Shown piece by piece: positions 35,701 to 49,600 of a stretch of DNA of 64,000 nucleotides; positions within the stretch are counted from its first letter, which is position 1; every line of letters starts with the position of its first letter. A program made the position numbers and the translations under genes. This DNA comes from Lytechinus pictus. Taxonomy: Eukaryota. The DNA lies in assembly GCF_037042905.1 (NCBI RefSeq), contig NC_087251.1, forward strand, positions 30,506,001 to 30,570,000, written 5' to 3'. The notes below the pieces were generated by a model that had not been told where the DNA came from, did no database searches, and saw nothing but the letters and a program-made list of their open reading frames with translations.

Positions 35701-38700
35701 GCGTAGTTAATTTGGCAAGTATCCAAAGTGTGGTCCAGGTATGGACGACTAGGAAGAGTCGCCATTTTAGAACTGTGAGTTACCCAATAAATCTGTCATC
35801 AGATAATCAAATTCGAGATAACAGTTGATTCGTTGAGCGCTATAACTTTCATAGTTTCATGTCAACAAGATAGAGATAAAATGGTTTGATGTGACAGAGG
35901 TACGCGCGAGCACATGCAGTCAATCAAGTACAAATTGTCTACCGGTACGCTACGTATACCTGAATGAACTATAGCGTTATCAGTACAGTCTATCATTACC
36001 GAACCCCGAACCGAACCAATGTTCGGCAAATTTCTGCCGAACCTTGCCGAACCGAACCGAACCCGAACATGGCGCCTGACTTGCAGCACTAGCTCAAATA
36101 ATATATCCCCAAAATAATTTCCCATACTATACAAGTACAAATATTCAGCATTTTTTATCAAATGATGTTCAACAGTCCTCCTTCCCATTTTTTAAAGATG
36201 GATCAAAATGTCATTCTTAGATGCCTATTAAGAACACATATTGAGGTTAGAGGAGTACAACAAAAGGATTTATAATAAGAGCGTTGAAGAACATAGCATA
36301 CATATTATTAAAAGTACTATTCCAAGTTTTACACATGATTATGTACTATGCTAAAGACAGATATTTATTATCTTACCCTCATCCAATGGCTGATCCTTCT
36401 GAAGAAGTTTACCAAAGAATGACCTCATACCAATCCGTCTTGACCTCTTAGGATCCTCCTCAAGCTCCTTCTCTATGTACGACACTGCACCTCCTACATC
36501 ACCCCTACAAGGTCAAAGGTCAATAGTATCAAAGGTCAACTCATCTTCCAAAGGGCAATTCCATTAAGCATATACATGTAACCCCAAACTTGCTGTGTAC
36601 ATCTTGTTTTCTAAATTACTAGTTATGAGAGCATTCTTCGTGGGCTAGCAACTTCAGTCTTCTAGCACTATGTCTATTTCTATTGAACTATAACTATTAA
36701 AGGGTCATTTCAAACACTAATTATGCACAAGAATGTATGTTGCAATGCAATTAATTTCTTGCTGCTGTTAGTTTCGTAAAAAAAACCTTATTAATTGATC
36801 TCTCATACAAAATCTTATTTTTGGGAGAATATCTGCTTTGAAATAATGCAATGATAAATATGTCCATACACGACCCAGACCTGCCAACCTCTGGGAATTA
36901 AAAATTACATTCTGTGATAAAAAAATGTATTTTTCCCCCAAAAAAAACTGCGTTTCATAATGAAATGCGTGGCGCGCATTCTCATCGCGGCGCTCAAGCT
37001 ACATGCAAGCTAAAATGTGCACTGCTCTTTCACATGAAAAAAAAAACATTGAAACATGTGTATATCTCACCATGGTTTTAACAAATTGATTGAGAAAAAA
37101 AAACAAGTTACCTGAAATAACATTGATCCAATAACCATATTTGTGTAAGTTTTTTATTATTCTTTTTACAAAATCGCATTTTTTACAGAAAAAAACGTAC
37201 TGTCGTATTTTGGTTGCAAAAACATACTAAATACGCCAAAAAATGTACTGGTTGGCAGCTCTGATGACCTGTGCAGAATGATTTTTTCCCCCACATTATT
37301 TCACAATCAGCTTTTAAATAATTGGACAAATAAATATGCTTTCTTTTACAGATTTCATCAAATTCATTCTCAAACTTTACAATTGATAACTTACTTCACA
37401 ATATAAGCCCCAAGGACCGATTTGCCGATAGGAAAGCGAGACTGCGTTCTCTCCTCATATTTTTCCTTCAAAGTTAGGAGTGTATCTAAGAGTCCATCTT
37501 GTTCATATCTCTCACACAGCATTCTGATTCCAGATGGCCTGGGGACCTCCCCTGAATCTAACGTCTGGTCTAGTAACCTTTCTGCATCTAAAATACACAA
37601 CAGATATGGAATTATATTTGGCATCTCTACTGCATGAAAAGTATCAGCAATAACCACCGGCTACTTAAATCCCAGAATTTGATTGGCTTATAGCAAATTA
37701 GTTATAGAAATGTAGCATTAGTGACAGCATAGGTCTTTTTCCATAAAAAGACCAATTATGAAGAGTATACACTTTTAAAGTTTCAGTGAAAATAATCGGA
37801 AAATCATGTAAATTTCACTTTTTCTGGTAGTTGAATACTTCCAAATCATCATTCAATTTCATTTACAGCATGATACCAATAATCAAGATCAACCATGAAG
37901 CAATAGGCAATATGCATGCCGATTTTTTGTTGTGATCACACGATCGACAGCCAGACTTTCCAGCCTCCAAAATACCCCAATCTCATAAGGGGTTAACATG
38001 AACACAAATGAATGTAAACATTAATATTATTACAATAAAGGTACTACTTAGCATTCATCAACTTAACTTACTTTCTATATCTCCTTTCTTGATATACTCA
38101 ATGAGAAGTTTGTTGGTGAGTATGATGGACATCTTAAAGTCACATGATTTCTCACCTCTACAAAGATAAATAAGAAAATAAAACATTTTATAATCCAGAC
38201 ACTGAATGGTAAAGTAAAAAAAAGTGGATTGCCTCTGGCAGTCTTGCCTGCATTTAATAGGCGATTCAATATTGCAGCAGAGCTCACTTTGAAAACAACT
38301 ATTGAATAATTCACAAAAGAAAATATTCATATGATAATAAAATACTATTTTCATTGACCCTTAATGACCTTTGACCTTTGTCATGTGACCTGAAACTCAG
38401 TCAGGATCTTCAGTGATACACCATTACGCTTATATCCAGGTTTCAAGAATTAGATCTACAAACTTTCAAAGTTATGATGACATTTCAAAAACTGAACCTT
38501 GGTTGAGATTTTGATATTGATTCCCCCAACATGGTCTAAGTTAATTGACCCTAAATGACCTTTGACCTTGGTCATGTGACCTGAAACTCGGGTATAAAAA
38601 GTATTGAAAAAAATATCCTTAGCATTGAAGAGAAATGTCTTAATCATAATAAACGTCCTAACATGGCAGAAAGAACCATCCTTGCTATGAAAGAGAAATG

Positions 38701-41700
38701 TCTGAAGCATAATACAGGAGCATCATTAAGAGCGAAACATCTATACCAAGCATAAGAAATATCCTAATGTAAGAGAAAGTGTCTTTCGCTTAGGAAAATA
38801 CATCCTAGGCAAAAGAGATAAATGTCTTTAGCATGAGAAAAAATAAAAGTACTTACAAATCTTTGACAGTGAGAGCATCATCAATACGACCCAACTTGAG
38901 CATCTCAAAAATGACCCTGTCAAAGACACCAGAACCAACATCCTTCCCACTCGCAAGAGTTTCCTTCAAAAGCTCCTCTGCTCCTTCAATATTCTATAAA
39001 TTAACAAGATGATGGACAGTTTTAATGAAAAATATTTAATTTGTTAGTCATCAAGTCAAAGACATTCTTCCTAATTTATCAAGTTACTATTAAGGTGTGG
39101 CTAGTGAAAATAATGACGATTTCTTTTCTTGGAAAAACACTACAAACAATGAGTGATTATGCTATAGGGACATTTAATACTAAAGAAATGCAAATTGATA
39201 ACAAAAGTTTTAAGACCTAACATATTAGGTCATAGATTAGTAAATCAAGATCAAACAAATCATTAACATCTTTTATTAAATGTCAATACACCCCCGCCCC
39301 CCCGCAAAAAAAAAGCATCAAAGAGCAAACAATAGGGATTAAAAAGATAAATCAAAATGTCTTATATCATGGAAAATTATCAATAAACATTACAAAAATG
39401 ATGTGTGTTTGATGTTAGTAACAAAAAAAGCAAATGCTTACTCCTGCTTTCAAGATTCTATCTATCTTCTCAGTGGTGTTAAGTTCTTGATTGTCAAGCT
39501 GAAGACACAATTAATGGGGGAAAAAGTCAACAAAGTATATTTTACAATGTTTGATATATAACAAATCATAAAAAGAAAAGAAACCATGTGAATAAGTCAT
39601 TAAGTAGAAGTAAATAACAATTATTGTGTTTCCTTTAAGTTTTATATAAAAGATGTAACATAATTTCCTTTCATGATAATTTGTAACTTATGATCAAGAA
39701 TATTGTTTTTGTCTGAATCTGCAAAAAATATTGTGTAATTCAAACAATCAAATACAGAAAGTTAGTGAAATCGTTGACTCTCCCATTTACATATCAATAT
39801 ATTGTGCATAAAACTGTTTTGTGAAAAATAAGCAGAATTTTATGTCATATCACTTATATTTGACATCCAATTTTGAAAAAATTGTCATTGTTATGCATGT
39901 TTGATTTGTCTCTTTTTATATCAACCAATTGTTGGGGTAGACTGGACCTTTAACATAGAAAACGAAGTTGAAAAGCTGTCTTTGTTCATTTTTTCTCTAT
40001 TTTCTTACTGAACTAAGAGTGAAATGAGAAACTCCACTTGACGCACAATCGCCTAAATCATTTTGAAAACATTAATATTTTCACATCTAGCTAAAGTTTT
40101 AAATCATGGATCAGCTTCGGAATAGTACACTTTTATCAAAATAACAATGCAAACAAAACTGAAAAAAAAATAGTCAACTGCAAAGTTTAAATTTCAATGT
40201 CCAACTATTCTAACAAAACAAAGTTTTGAACCCCAAGATGCAGAAGTGTATACCTGTTCAGCAGTGAGCTTTGGGACATCGAATGGTATAGGTCTGTCAT
40301 ATGATCGTAGTACATTGGCAAGATAACGCATTGTTCTGTCTCTAGGTACCACACCCTCCTCTTGCATAGTAGTCCATACTTCAAGACATTTATCAACATC
40401 ATTATTACGAGCTTTGAAGGGAAGATACAACAGAAATGTGGATCAGAGAAATAATTAATTTGGTATGATAAAAACCCAATATTCCGACCAAAACAGCCTT
40501 TGTCTTGGTCATGATAAGAGAAACATTGTTGGAATTTTAATCCATTCATAATAAAATATTACTCTGACTGGGACCCCACGTCTGATCAAGGCTCATGAGA
40601 ATTGAATTCACCACTACGCTCATGTGGAGCATTGTGGCCCAGTGGATTAGTCTTCTGACTTTGAAACAGAGGGTCGTGGGTTCGAAACCCAGCCATGGCG
40701 TAATTTCCTTCAGCAAGAAATTTATCCACAATTGTTGTGCACTCAACCCAGGTGAGGTGAATGGGTACCCGGTAGAAGGAAATTCCTTGAATGACTGAGC
40801 GCCTAGGCAGCCCAGCTAAAGCCGGCGTAATAATAATAGCAGGGCCTGCTGGGAGAACAGTTTCAGAACTGAAGTGGCTTTCCTGGATAAATATACCTAT
40901 ATCATTATCATTATTATAATTAGCACATTGAGCACTCTGAGGCATGGATATGAGCACTCTGCAGAGTGGATATGAACACTTTGCTGAGTGGATATGAAGT
41001 TGCATTATTAACTTTTTTTATCATCATTCTTAATGTAAACATAAGTCTTTGATGAGTAGCTGGTGAGCTGTGAGACAGAATAGCTTCACATTGCCCTTCG
41101 CACACATTGAGAACTTCTCACACACGAGAGGACTTACTGTGCAACTGAATAAGATAGAAGTACATCTGGTCCCTATCACAAGCATACAGGTCTTTGGTGA
41201 TGGCTGTCAGTTGTTGCAGTGCCTCCATATTATTAGCTCCGATACAACGTTCAGCATACCATTGGATACGCTTGTTCTTTGCAATCATACCAGGGGTCTA
41301 TTTTAGTTAAGATAAAGGGTAATAGAACACACAAGATAAATGTAAATATCCGCTTTCATCATTGTAATGATATGCAACATCATTATCATAATTTTTGTCG
41401 TCAGCACCATCTTTGATACGAGCAATAACGTACAGTTCACCATCATCAACATCACAACCACTGCAAACATTACGTGTTGGTTGTTAAAAAGAATACAAGA
41501 TCATTCAACAGTGCCAATATAAAATGACCATTAACTTTCTTCTTTTTATCAGTTATCATTTGGATTATCTAAACTTATTGAGAAGATAAACTCCACAGCA
41601 TATGCACCCTTCATCATCAAAAAGTTGAATATTTATTTATCTTCATGGAATCATTCTTATCATTCTCACCCAGTCCTATGAAAAAAAAAAAAAAATGATA

Positions 41701-43645
41701 CAAGATGATTATTGCATCACACTGTATCACATGATATGTATGTTGTTCAGAAAACAATATTTGGATTTGGTGTTTACCTCAACTAGTTTCATTGCTTCTT
41801 TGTATTTTCCCGAAGTGCAGAATGCAAAGATGAGGTCATACAGCATGTTAATATCACCATGCTGCTGGCTTGCAAAGTCCATTGCTGTAGATATAAAGAG
41901 AGGTAATTGCTGAATTTTATTCATTAAAAAAAATGTATTATCATAAATCAGGCATGAGAATGAGTTTCTTGAAAAATATCTGAAAGGAAATTAAACCTAC
42001 GGACGGGGTTCCAGGGGCAGCGCCCCTGGCGGGGTCCAGAGGTAGCGCCCTGGCGGGCGTTCAGGGGGCAGCGCCCCCTGAAGCTCCTGGGTTTTAGCAT
42101 TTAAAGGGGGTATAGGAAGCCATTCTGGAGTACCAATTTGATAGAAAAAGGAACCCATTGACATTGTGGAGTACCAATTTGACAGAAAAAGGAAATAAAA
42201 ATTTGACAAACTATACAATGCAATTTGTACTTTATGAACACTGTTTGTGTAAAGACCTATACACCACACCTATAGTAAAGTAAACCATATGCTGCTGACA
42301 TTGAGAGACAATTATGGAACACAAGCATGTACAATGCAGTAGACTATTCTGGAAGCGACAGAAGTGTAAGACCTCCGTTGCCATACCTTAATCCTTATGC
42401 TGTCATTGCACCATAATCATAACTAAGCACCAAGCTTCACCGGGATTGTACAGCTTACGAAAACAATCCCCGGCCAAATGTTGATCAGAAGTGCCTTCCA
42501 AAATTATATGGTCACGCCACGACCAGTGCCATCTATTTTTGACGGATTTATCTATCTCTTTCGGGTCCGCTTCTCCCCCATTGCGATCAACGAACTTCGG
42601 TGTGGATGCCGCCATTTTGATACCACCACACGCTTTTCGCTCGCATCGTTCATGTCAGTCAATGGTATGGTGCAAGCGAAATAGTGCGCGGTGCAGTCTC
42701 GCGCTCCGTGCATGTTGCTGCTTGAGCTAGCGTAGCTAGCAATTGATCGATCAGTGCGTTCCCTGCCGGCGCGACCCGGTAAGGATTCAACCTCGCAGTG
42801 ACTCGCTACCCCCCAGACCCTACCCCCCAAATATTCACAAATTCACATCGAACTCGGCGACCACAGATTTTGATGAAAAAAAATCGGAATTCCGATAAAA
42901 ATCTGACAATTCTCATGCCTGATAAATACTCAAAGTGATATTGTCTGGATTCTATTACTCAGTACTGCATAATTATCACATGTTGCATCCAATATAGTCA
43001 TCATTCTGATAATGTTAACATTGTTAGAATAATAATAATAATCACCATCATCATCACTATCACCCCCACTATCATCATAATTACTAATCAAAATCATCAT
43101 CATTATATCATATCATCATAATTCTCACCATTATCATCATGACATATTTCCACCACCGTCACCACCAGCATTGCAAAATATCACCACAGTAACCATAACC
43201 ACCACCATCATCATCATTATCACCATCATCCTCATCATCTTCATCATCACCATTACCCCCACTATCATCAAAATTACTAATCAAAATCATCATCACCAAC
43301 ATCATTATAACATATCATCATAATTCTCACCATTGTCATCATAACATATTTCCACCACCATCACCACCAGCATTGCAAAATATCACCACAGTAACCATAA
43401 CCACCACCACCATCATCATCACCATCATCATCATCATCATCACCACCACCACCATCATCACCATCATCACCATCACCATCATTATCATCACCATCACCCC
43501 CACTGTCATAATTACTTATCAAAATCATCATCACCACCATCATTATATCATATCATCATAATTCTCACCATTGTCATCATAACATATTTCCACCACCATC
43601 ACCACCAGCATTGCAAAATATCACCACAGTAACCATAACCACCAC

Positions 43646-43689
<44 letters not shown>

Positions 43690-46600
43690 CCATCACCATC
43701 ATCACCATCATCACCATCATCATCATCATCACCATCACCATCATCATCATCACCATCATTATCATCACCATCACCCCCACTGTCATAATTACTTATCAAA
43801 ATCATCATCACCATTATCATTATATCATATCATCATAATTCTCACCATTGTCATCATAAGATATTTCCACCACCATCACCACCAGCATTGCAAAATATCA
43901 CCACTAAAGCAACCACCAACATCATAAACATCACCACCATCCTTATCATCATCACCATCATCATCATCATCGTCATCATCTCCATAATCATCATCATCAC
44001 CATCATCCTCATCGTCATCATCATTATCACCACCACCACCATCACTATCACACATCATCATAATCCTCACCATTATCATCACAAAATATAACCACTACCA
44101 TCACCACCAGCATTGCAACATATCACTACAGTAACCACCACAATCATCACCATAATCATAGCAACATATCATCACCATCATCACCACCACCAGAACAACT
44201 CGTCATCACCTACCTACAGCTCCATGAATCCTATAACCATCTCCTCCCTTGGTCAATAAATAGACTAACCTCTTTGAAGCTGGTCTGTATGGCCCTCTTC
44301 TACCAGACGAACCAAGACATCTTGAAAGTGAGGCATGATGCTGTATTTCGCTTGACAGTCTCGGATACATGCCAACGCTCCTTCCAAATCATTCCTGAAA
44401 ACCAATCATCAAAACCAAATTCTCATGTCTAAGCATTAATTCCATCATTACACTGATCAGAAAAATTCTTTCATATCGCAAGATTGACATTCCCTTTGCA
44501 CATCTGCAATAAAACACATATAATCATCAAAATAAAAAATACCCCATTGCTAATTCTCAGTATGTAAGAGCATGTTATGATCTCAACTGAAATTACTACA
44601 ACTGATCATCACAACACAACTGAAATATCAATTATTTTTGCATTAAGTTAAGCCCTACAAGAACTGGATGCTGAACAGCTGGAAGAGTGATGTTGGGGGC
44701 TGAATTATGTACATGGGCCAGACATTCCCTCAGCATTGTGATCATGAGTTTGACAACTACACTTTAAGATATGAATGATGAAAGGTCCTTACTTGGCCAT
44801 GTACGCGCTGACAATGGGTCCCACAAGGTTATTATTAGGCTTCACCAGATCAAGCTCCACCATCGTCTCAAAGATGCGTTCCACCTCTTCAGTCAGTCCG
44901 TCAGATGCTAGTTCATTCAGCATATGAAACGTTTGCTTCTCCATCCGATCCGTTTCAACGGCAAGTTCTTTCATCTCGTGTACCATGCTCAAAGCATCTA
45001 TAAATAACACCAAATAGGTTTGTATTGGCATATTAATCTTCATGTCATTCATCTGACGTTTGAACAATTATTGCGATTAGAGTAATATAAATACACACCT
45101 GCTCATATGATCATTCATTCAAATAATAATAAATAAATTTGGTACATGAATATGGTACATACATGAAAATATTACACATAAGTTAAACAAACAATTAAAG
45201 GAATTTTGTATACCAATGGTATGTAAAATTGTTGTTCCTTTGATTCAATTTAATACTAATTGATAACTGTAAAGTAACTTGTTGATAAACAATTTTTAAC
45301 TTTGAACTCATCCAATTAACAAGGCACTGGAAAATATAATTTGAATATCAAAGATATCTTAGCATACTCTCAAAATGACATTTTTTTTTACAAAGTTTCA
45401 TAACAAAAGGCACTTCTGTGTACATTAGTATATTGCAGCTTTATGCAAACAAAATGGAAGTAACATTCTCATTAGTATGTCACAAATAAAAAAATTCTAA
45501 AATAAAACAATATTAGAACCCAAGGAAGAGCTCCTCAGTTTCGATGACCTTATTTGGTGACCATCTTCAAAGTCTACATTCGCCCACTTTTAGAATTTGG
45601 ATCACCAGTTTGGAGTTCGAGTCTTACTGCGGCCCAGGTGGAAGAACTAGAACGTGTTCAAAAGCGAGCTCTACGCTGCATTGCATTCCCGAATGTTCTA
45701 CCTTATTTCGATCAGCTTACGTTGTACGGACTAAAAACTCTCAAAGAACGTAGAGATGACCTCCTGCTTCGTTTTGGACTTGGGTTACTAAAATCTGAGC
45801 GTCATCGAGATATGCTCCCCCCTACCAGAAGATCTCAGTCCCGCTCGAATGTCCAGCTCCGGAACTCTGAATGCTTGGACATACCATTTTGCAGAACTCG
45901 AATATTCAAACAATCCGCGATACCACATATTGTATCTATATTGAATTCACAATGATTGCATTGATTTTGTTGTATTTTCTATATTATCACAAACCTTGCT
46001 CAATTCCTTTATTTTTACTTTCCTTTTTTTCCCTTTTCTGATCTTTCTTTTCCACTTTTTTCTCCTTTCTTACCCCCTTCTTTCTTCACTTTCCTCTTTT
46101 ACTTTACCTCAAGCGTGTAAATGAGCTTACTGTGATTTTGATTTTGTGCAATATTGAAAGCTTGTTACTGCCATATTTTACCTTGTTAATATTTGAAATT
46201 GTAATGTTTTCTGAACTGGTTTTTATTCCCCGGCAATCCGGTGATTTGCACAATTTTCTTATTTTTTAGATCAAATGAATGTAACAGTTAACTCTAATGT
46301 ATGTATATACTCAATTTTAATTCGTGCCAATGCCCATCTTTCTTGCCATTATCTCATCGACCACACATTTCACCTTTTTTTCTCTTCATTGACGTATTCT
46401 TGGCATTTTTTTTTCATCACTTACTGCTATATTTTTACAAGGTTTTAACCAGCTTTGTGTCCATATTTCCCTACTATTTTTCCCCCTTCTGTTGGTCTTC
46501 TTTTCCATATCTTGCCTTCATCTGCCCCTCCTTTACCTTTCCTTTCTGTTTCTTTCCTTCCATTATTTTCCCTTGTCACTCTTTTTTCATCATTCATCCT

Positions 46601-49600
46601 ATCCCATCCTCTCTTTTTTTTTTCTTTCTCTTCCTTTTCTCATTTGCTTTTTATATTTATGATTCCCGTAATATGGTTTCCTCTCACTATCTCTCTCCCT
46701 TTCTCTGTTCCCCCTTTATTTTTGTCCCCGTATTACTTGGTTATACATGTAATATAGCATTTAATGCCCTAGTTGAGTTCTGTTCGAATTACACTTTCAC
46801 ACTTCTTGACGTTTGTACATGCTTCATTGATCAATATGTTTCTTTTTAAAGTTTCTTTTTTTTTCTTTTGGTATATCTTTTATGATTGTGTAATATGATT
46901 ATTGGTTGGTTGTAATTCTTTGCTTTTATTTCATCTTTATAATATTGTAATTTGCCTTTGTTTATACTGTGCACTGGATTTTTCAGTCTTTGGACTGTTT
47001 TGCCAGTTTTTTTTATTGAATAAATACCATACTACTACATCTCTTGGATAGGAGGTTAAGGTAAAAAGGCTCAATGGATAAAAATGAATTACACATGAAA
47101 TGTCATTTACAAACCTGGGAGTTGATTATTCTTGGCCAGGTAGCAGATCAAATGGCGATACTTGGAGATGTCTAACTTGAAACTTGGATCAAACTTGAGC
47201 CTGAAATATAATTCATTCATTAAAAAAAATTACGAATGAAGTCTATCGAATAAATATATGATTTTTATATTGCGTTTCAATAGAAAATCATTCAGATGGA
47301 AAAATTAACTAGCACCACCCAATTAATTTTTTTTAGTGGTATTTACAACTTCTAAAGAATAAGAATATAAAGATTACATTAATGGAAATACTTAATTAGA
47401 TCCTCAAAAATAATATCAACCACTAATCCTTCAATCTTTCATTAAATATTTAAGACTTGAAAATCATGACAGATTTACCATAAAACACATCCAATGGGAA
47501 AAGACTTACAGTTGATCTTTCAACTCCATGGCTTCAGTCCATTTGCCTTGGTTACAGCACACGTTCATAAGACAGGCAAAGATGGCCCCCGTTGGTTCAT
47601 AACCAGCCTCATCAAACTCCTTCTTCAACTCCATTGATCGTTCAAAATTCTAGAAGGAAACAAATATTTGGATAGGGTGACTTGCATTAAAAATTTACTT
47701 AGCACAATGATATTGATCCTGATGTTTATTACAGTGGTACATGATATACCAATGATCATTCAGGCTATCAATACACTCAATTTGATTAAATCTTTCAATT
47801 CTTTCACAAATCCGACCGGTCATAGGTCAAAACTGTTTGACAGGACATTTTGATGTGCATGCATGTGCTTTCTGCTATACGATCACAAGTCTATATCAAT
47901 GTTGGCGGTATACTATGTTTCAGCATAGTTGTAGTCTTTAAGATATTTTACATTTATAGTTTTTCCTTTCAATCTATATATCATGATTCTTCTAGATTAC
48001 ATGACTGATAATCATTGGTTACCATCTGTTCTATCATCACAACTCTCAGACAATGAACTAAAATTAGACATTGAAGATTCTTTACAAACATATTGAAGAC
48101 GTTGTCGATTACACTGTTTTAATGCGAATCATTTAGAAACCATCTCAAAAGTCTTAATGGGTACATATACATAACAAGAAAACATCATTAAAAGTGCATA
48201 TCCCATGCTTTGATAGCAATATGCAATAAATCTGATGCATACTGCTAGAATTATCTTAATAAATTTGATACATATTGCTGGGAATACCTGTTACATGATT
48301 CTATTTCAGAAACACTTCAGCAATTATACCTTAAAATAACTTGAAGTAATCTACCAAATTCAACTGGCTGTTAGCATATAATTTGTGCTTGGAATAAGAG
48401 CCTTGATAGGAAGGACCGAGAGACTTACATTGTTTGTAGTATGGACCAGGAGGAGTCTCCTCAGGATCCCTCTCAGGTTACCTCCTTTCTCCCTCAGCTC
48501 CACTAGATGGTTCTCCAGCTCCTCAAGGGATACCTCCTTAATGTAAAAATAAAAATAAAGCTACAGGGTTTGAATTGATCCAAGGTCATCGATGGCTATG
48601 AGCAAGGATGCCCTATTGACTTATATCAATGCCCATCTCATTGGCCTTGAAGAGTTTTTTTAACTTTTTTTTCTCTTTCCCACTTGTGATGTAATTTTGA
48701 AATATGCCCTACAGAAAAGTGGCCTTGCACTTAAAATGGTGAAAGTTAAGGCCTATAGCCACTCAGCAAGTTGGTCTAGCTTTTATTTTATGGAACAATC
48801 AACTTTCTATCTTGAATGACAAGTTGATTATCATTAGATTGAGACTACGCTAAATATAACAGTGGTGTTTCCTCTAATCCTAATGGGTTTTGGAGAGTAT
48901 TTCGTGGGGGCAGCTAACATTATTCATATACACCTACAGGACAAGAAGGATACTTAACCCTAACTAGGCCGGGCTTTTTTGGCTGTTCTGTGGCCGGGGG
49001 GGGGGGGGGGGGGGGGTTGATTCAACCCCCCCCTGAGATCTCGACCGCCGATCGCGCGAGCGCCGCAAAAATTTGCACGCCGGTAGTATGCGATGTAATC
49101 TACAAGGCTGTATGGTAAAATTTTCCAAAATAATGAGATTTTATTTTACATGAATTAATTATGCTAATTTATGCGTAAATCATACTTTTTGCTCTAATTC
49201 ACTAAATAAAGCTCCTAGAATGCTAATTTTTGGTAAAAATATTCTTTGTAGCATTCTTAACAACGGCAATTGAAAAAAACTTCGGTTTGGAAATCAATTT
49301 CTTATGTATTTTATTGTTTTATGAATTTCTTATGTATTTCTTTGTTTTTCAACCTTTTGCTTTTCTTTGTTTTTTTCACCAGATTTATTGCACAACCTTT
49401 TTGAAGCATAAATATGCTAAAATCAATTGCTTTCAGCTGTTTGAAGTAAAAATAATCATATCTTTATGAATATGATGAGAAAACTCAATTTACATTGACT
49501 TTGTACACAAAATTACGTTTTGGAACAGTTTTTGGTCCGAAAGCACTTACAAAATGTTGCGTAATTTCGGAACCGCGTACCCGGGCGTCGTAAATTTGGT

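Noticed and set aside
40626..40697. tRNA-Gln(TTG) gene (also 63235-63306)
   Set aside because: The tRNA-like head runs directly into a SINE body and simple-repeat tail, the acceptor stem is poor, and there is no Pol III terminator after it.
43361..44091. Acidic poly-Asp / poly-Met / poly-Ile ORFs
   Set aside because: These are translations of a CAT/CAC microsatellite, open in several frames; the flanking LRPPRC exons join in phase without them.
46301..46849. 182-aa hydrophobic 'membrane protein' ORF
   Set aside because: Phe/Leu/Ser-rich translation of the pyrimidine-rich LINE 3' UTR.
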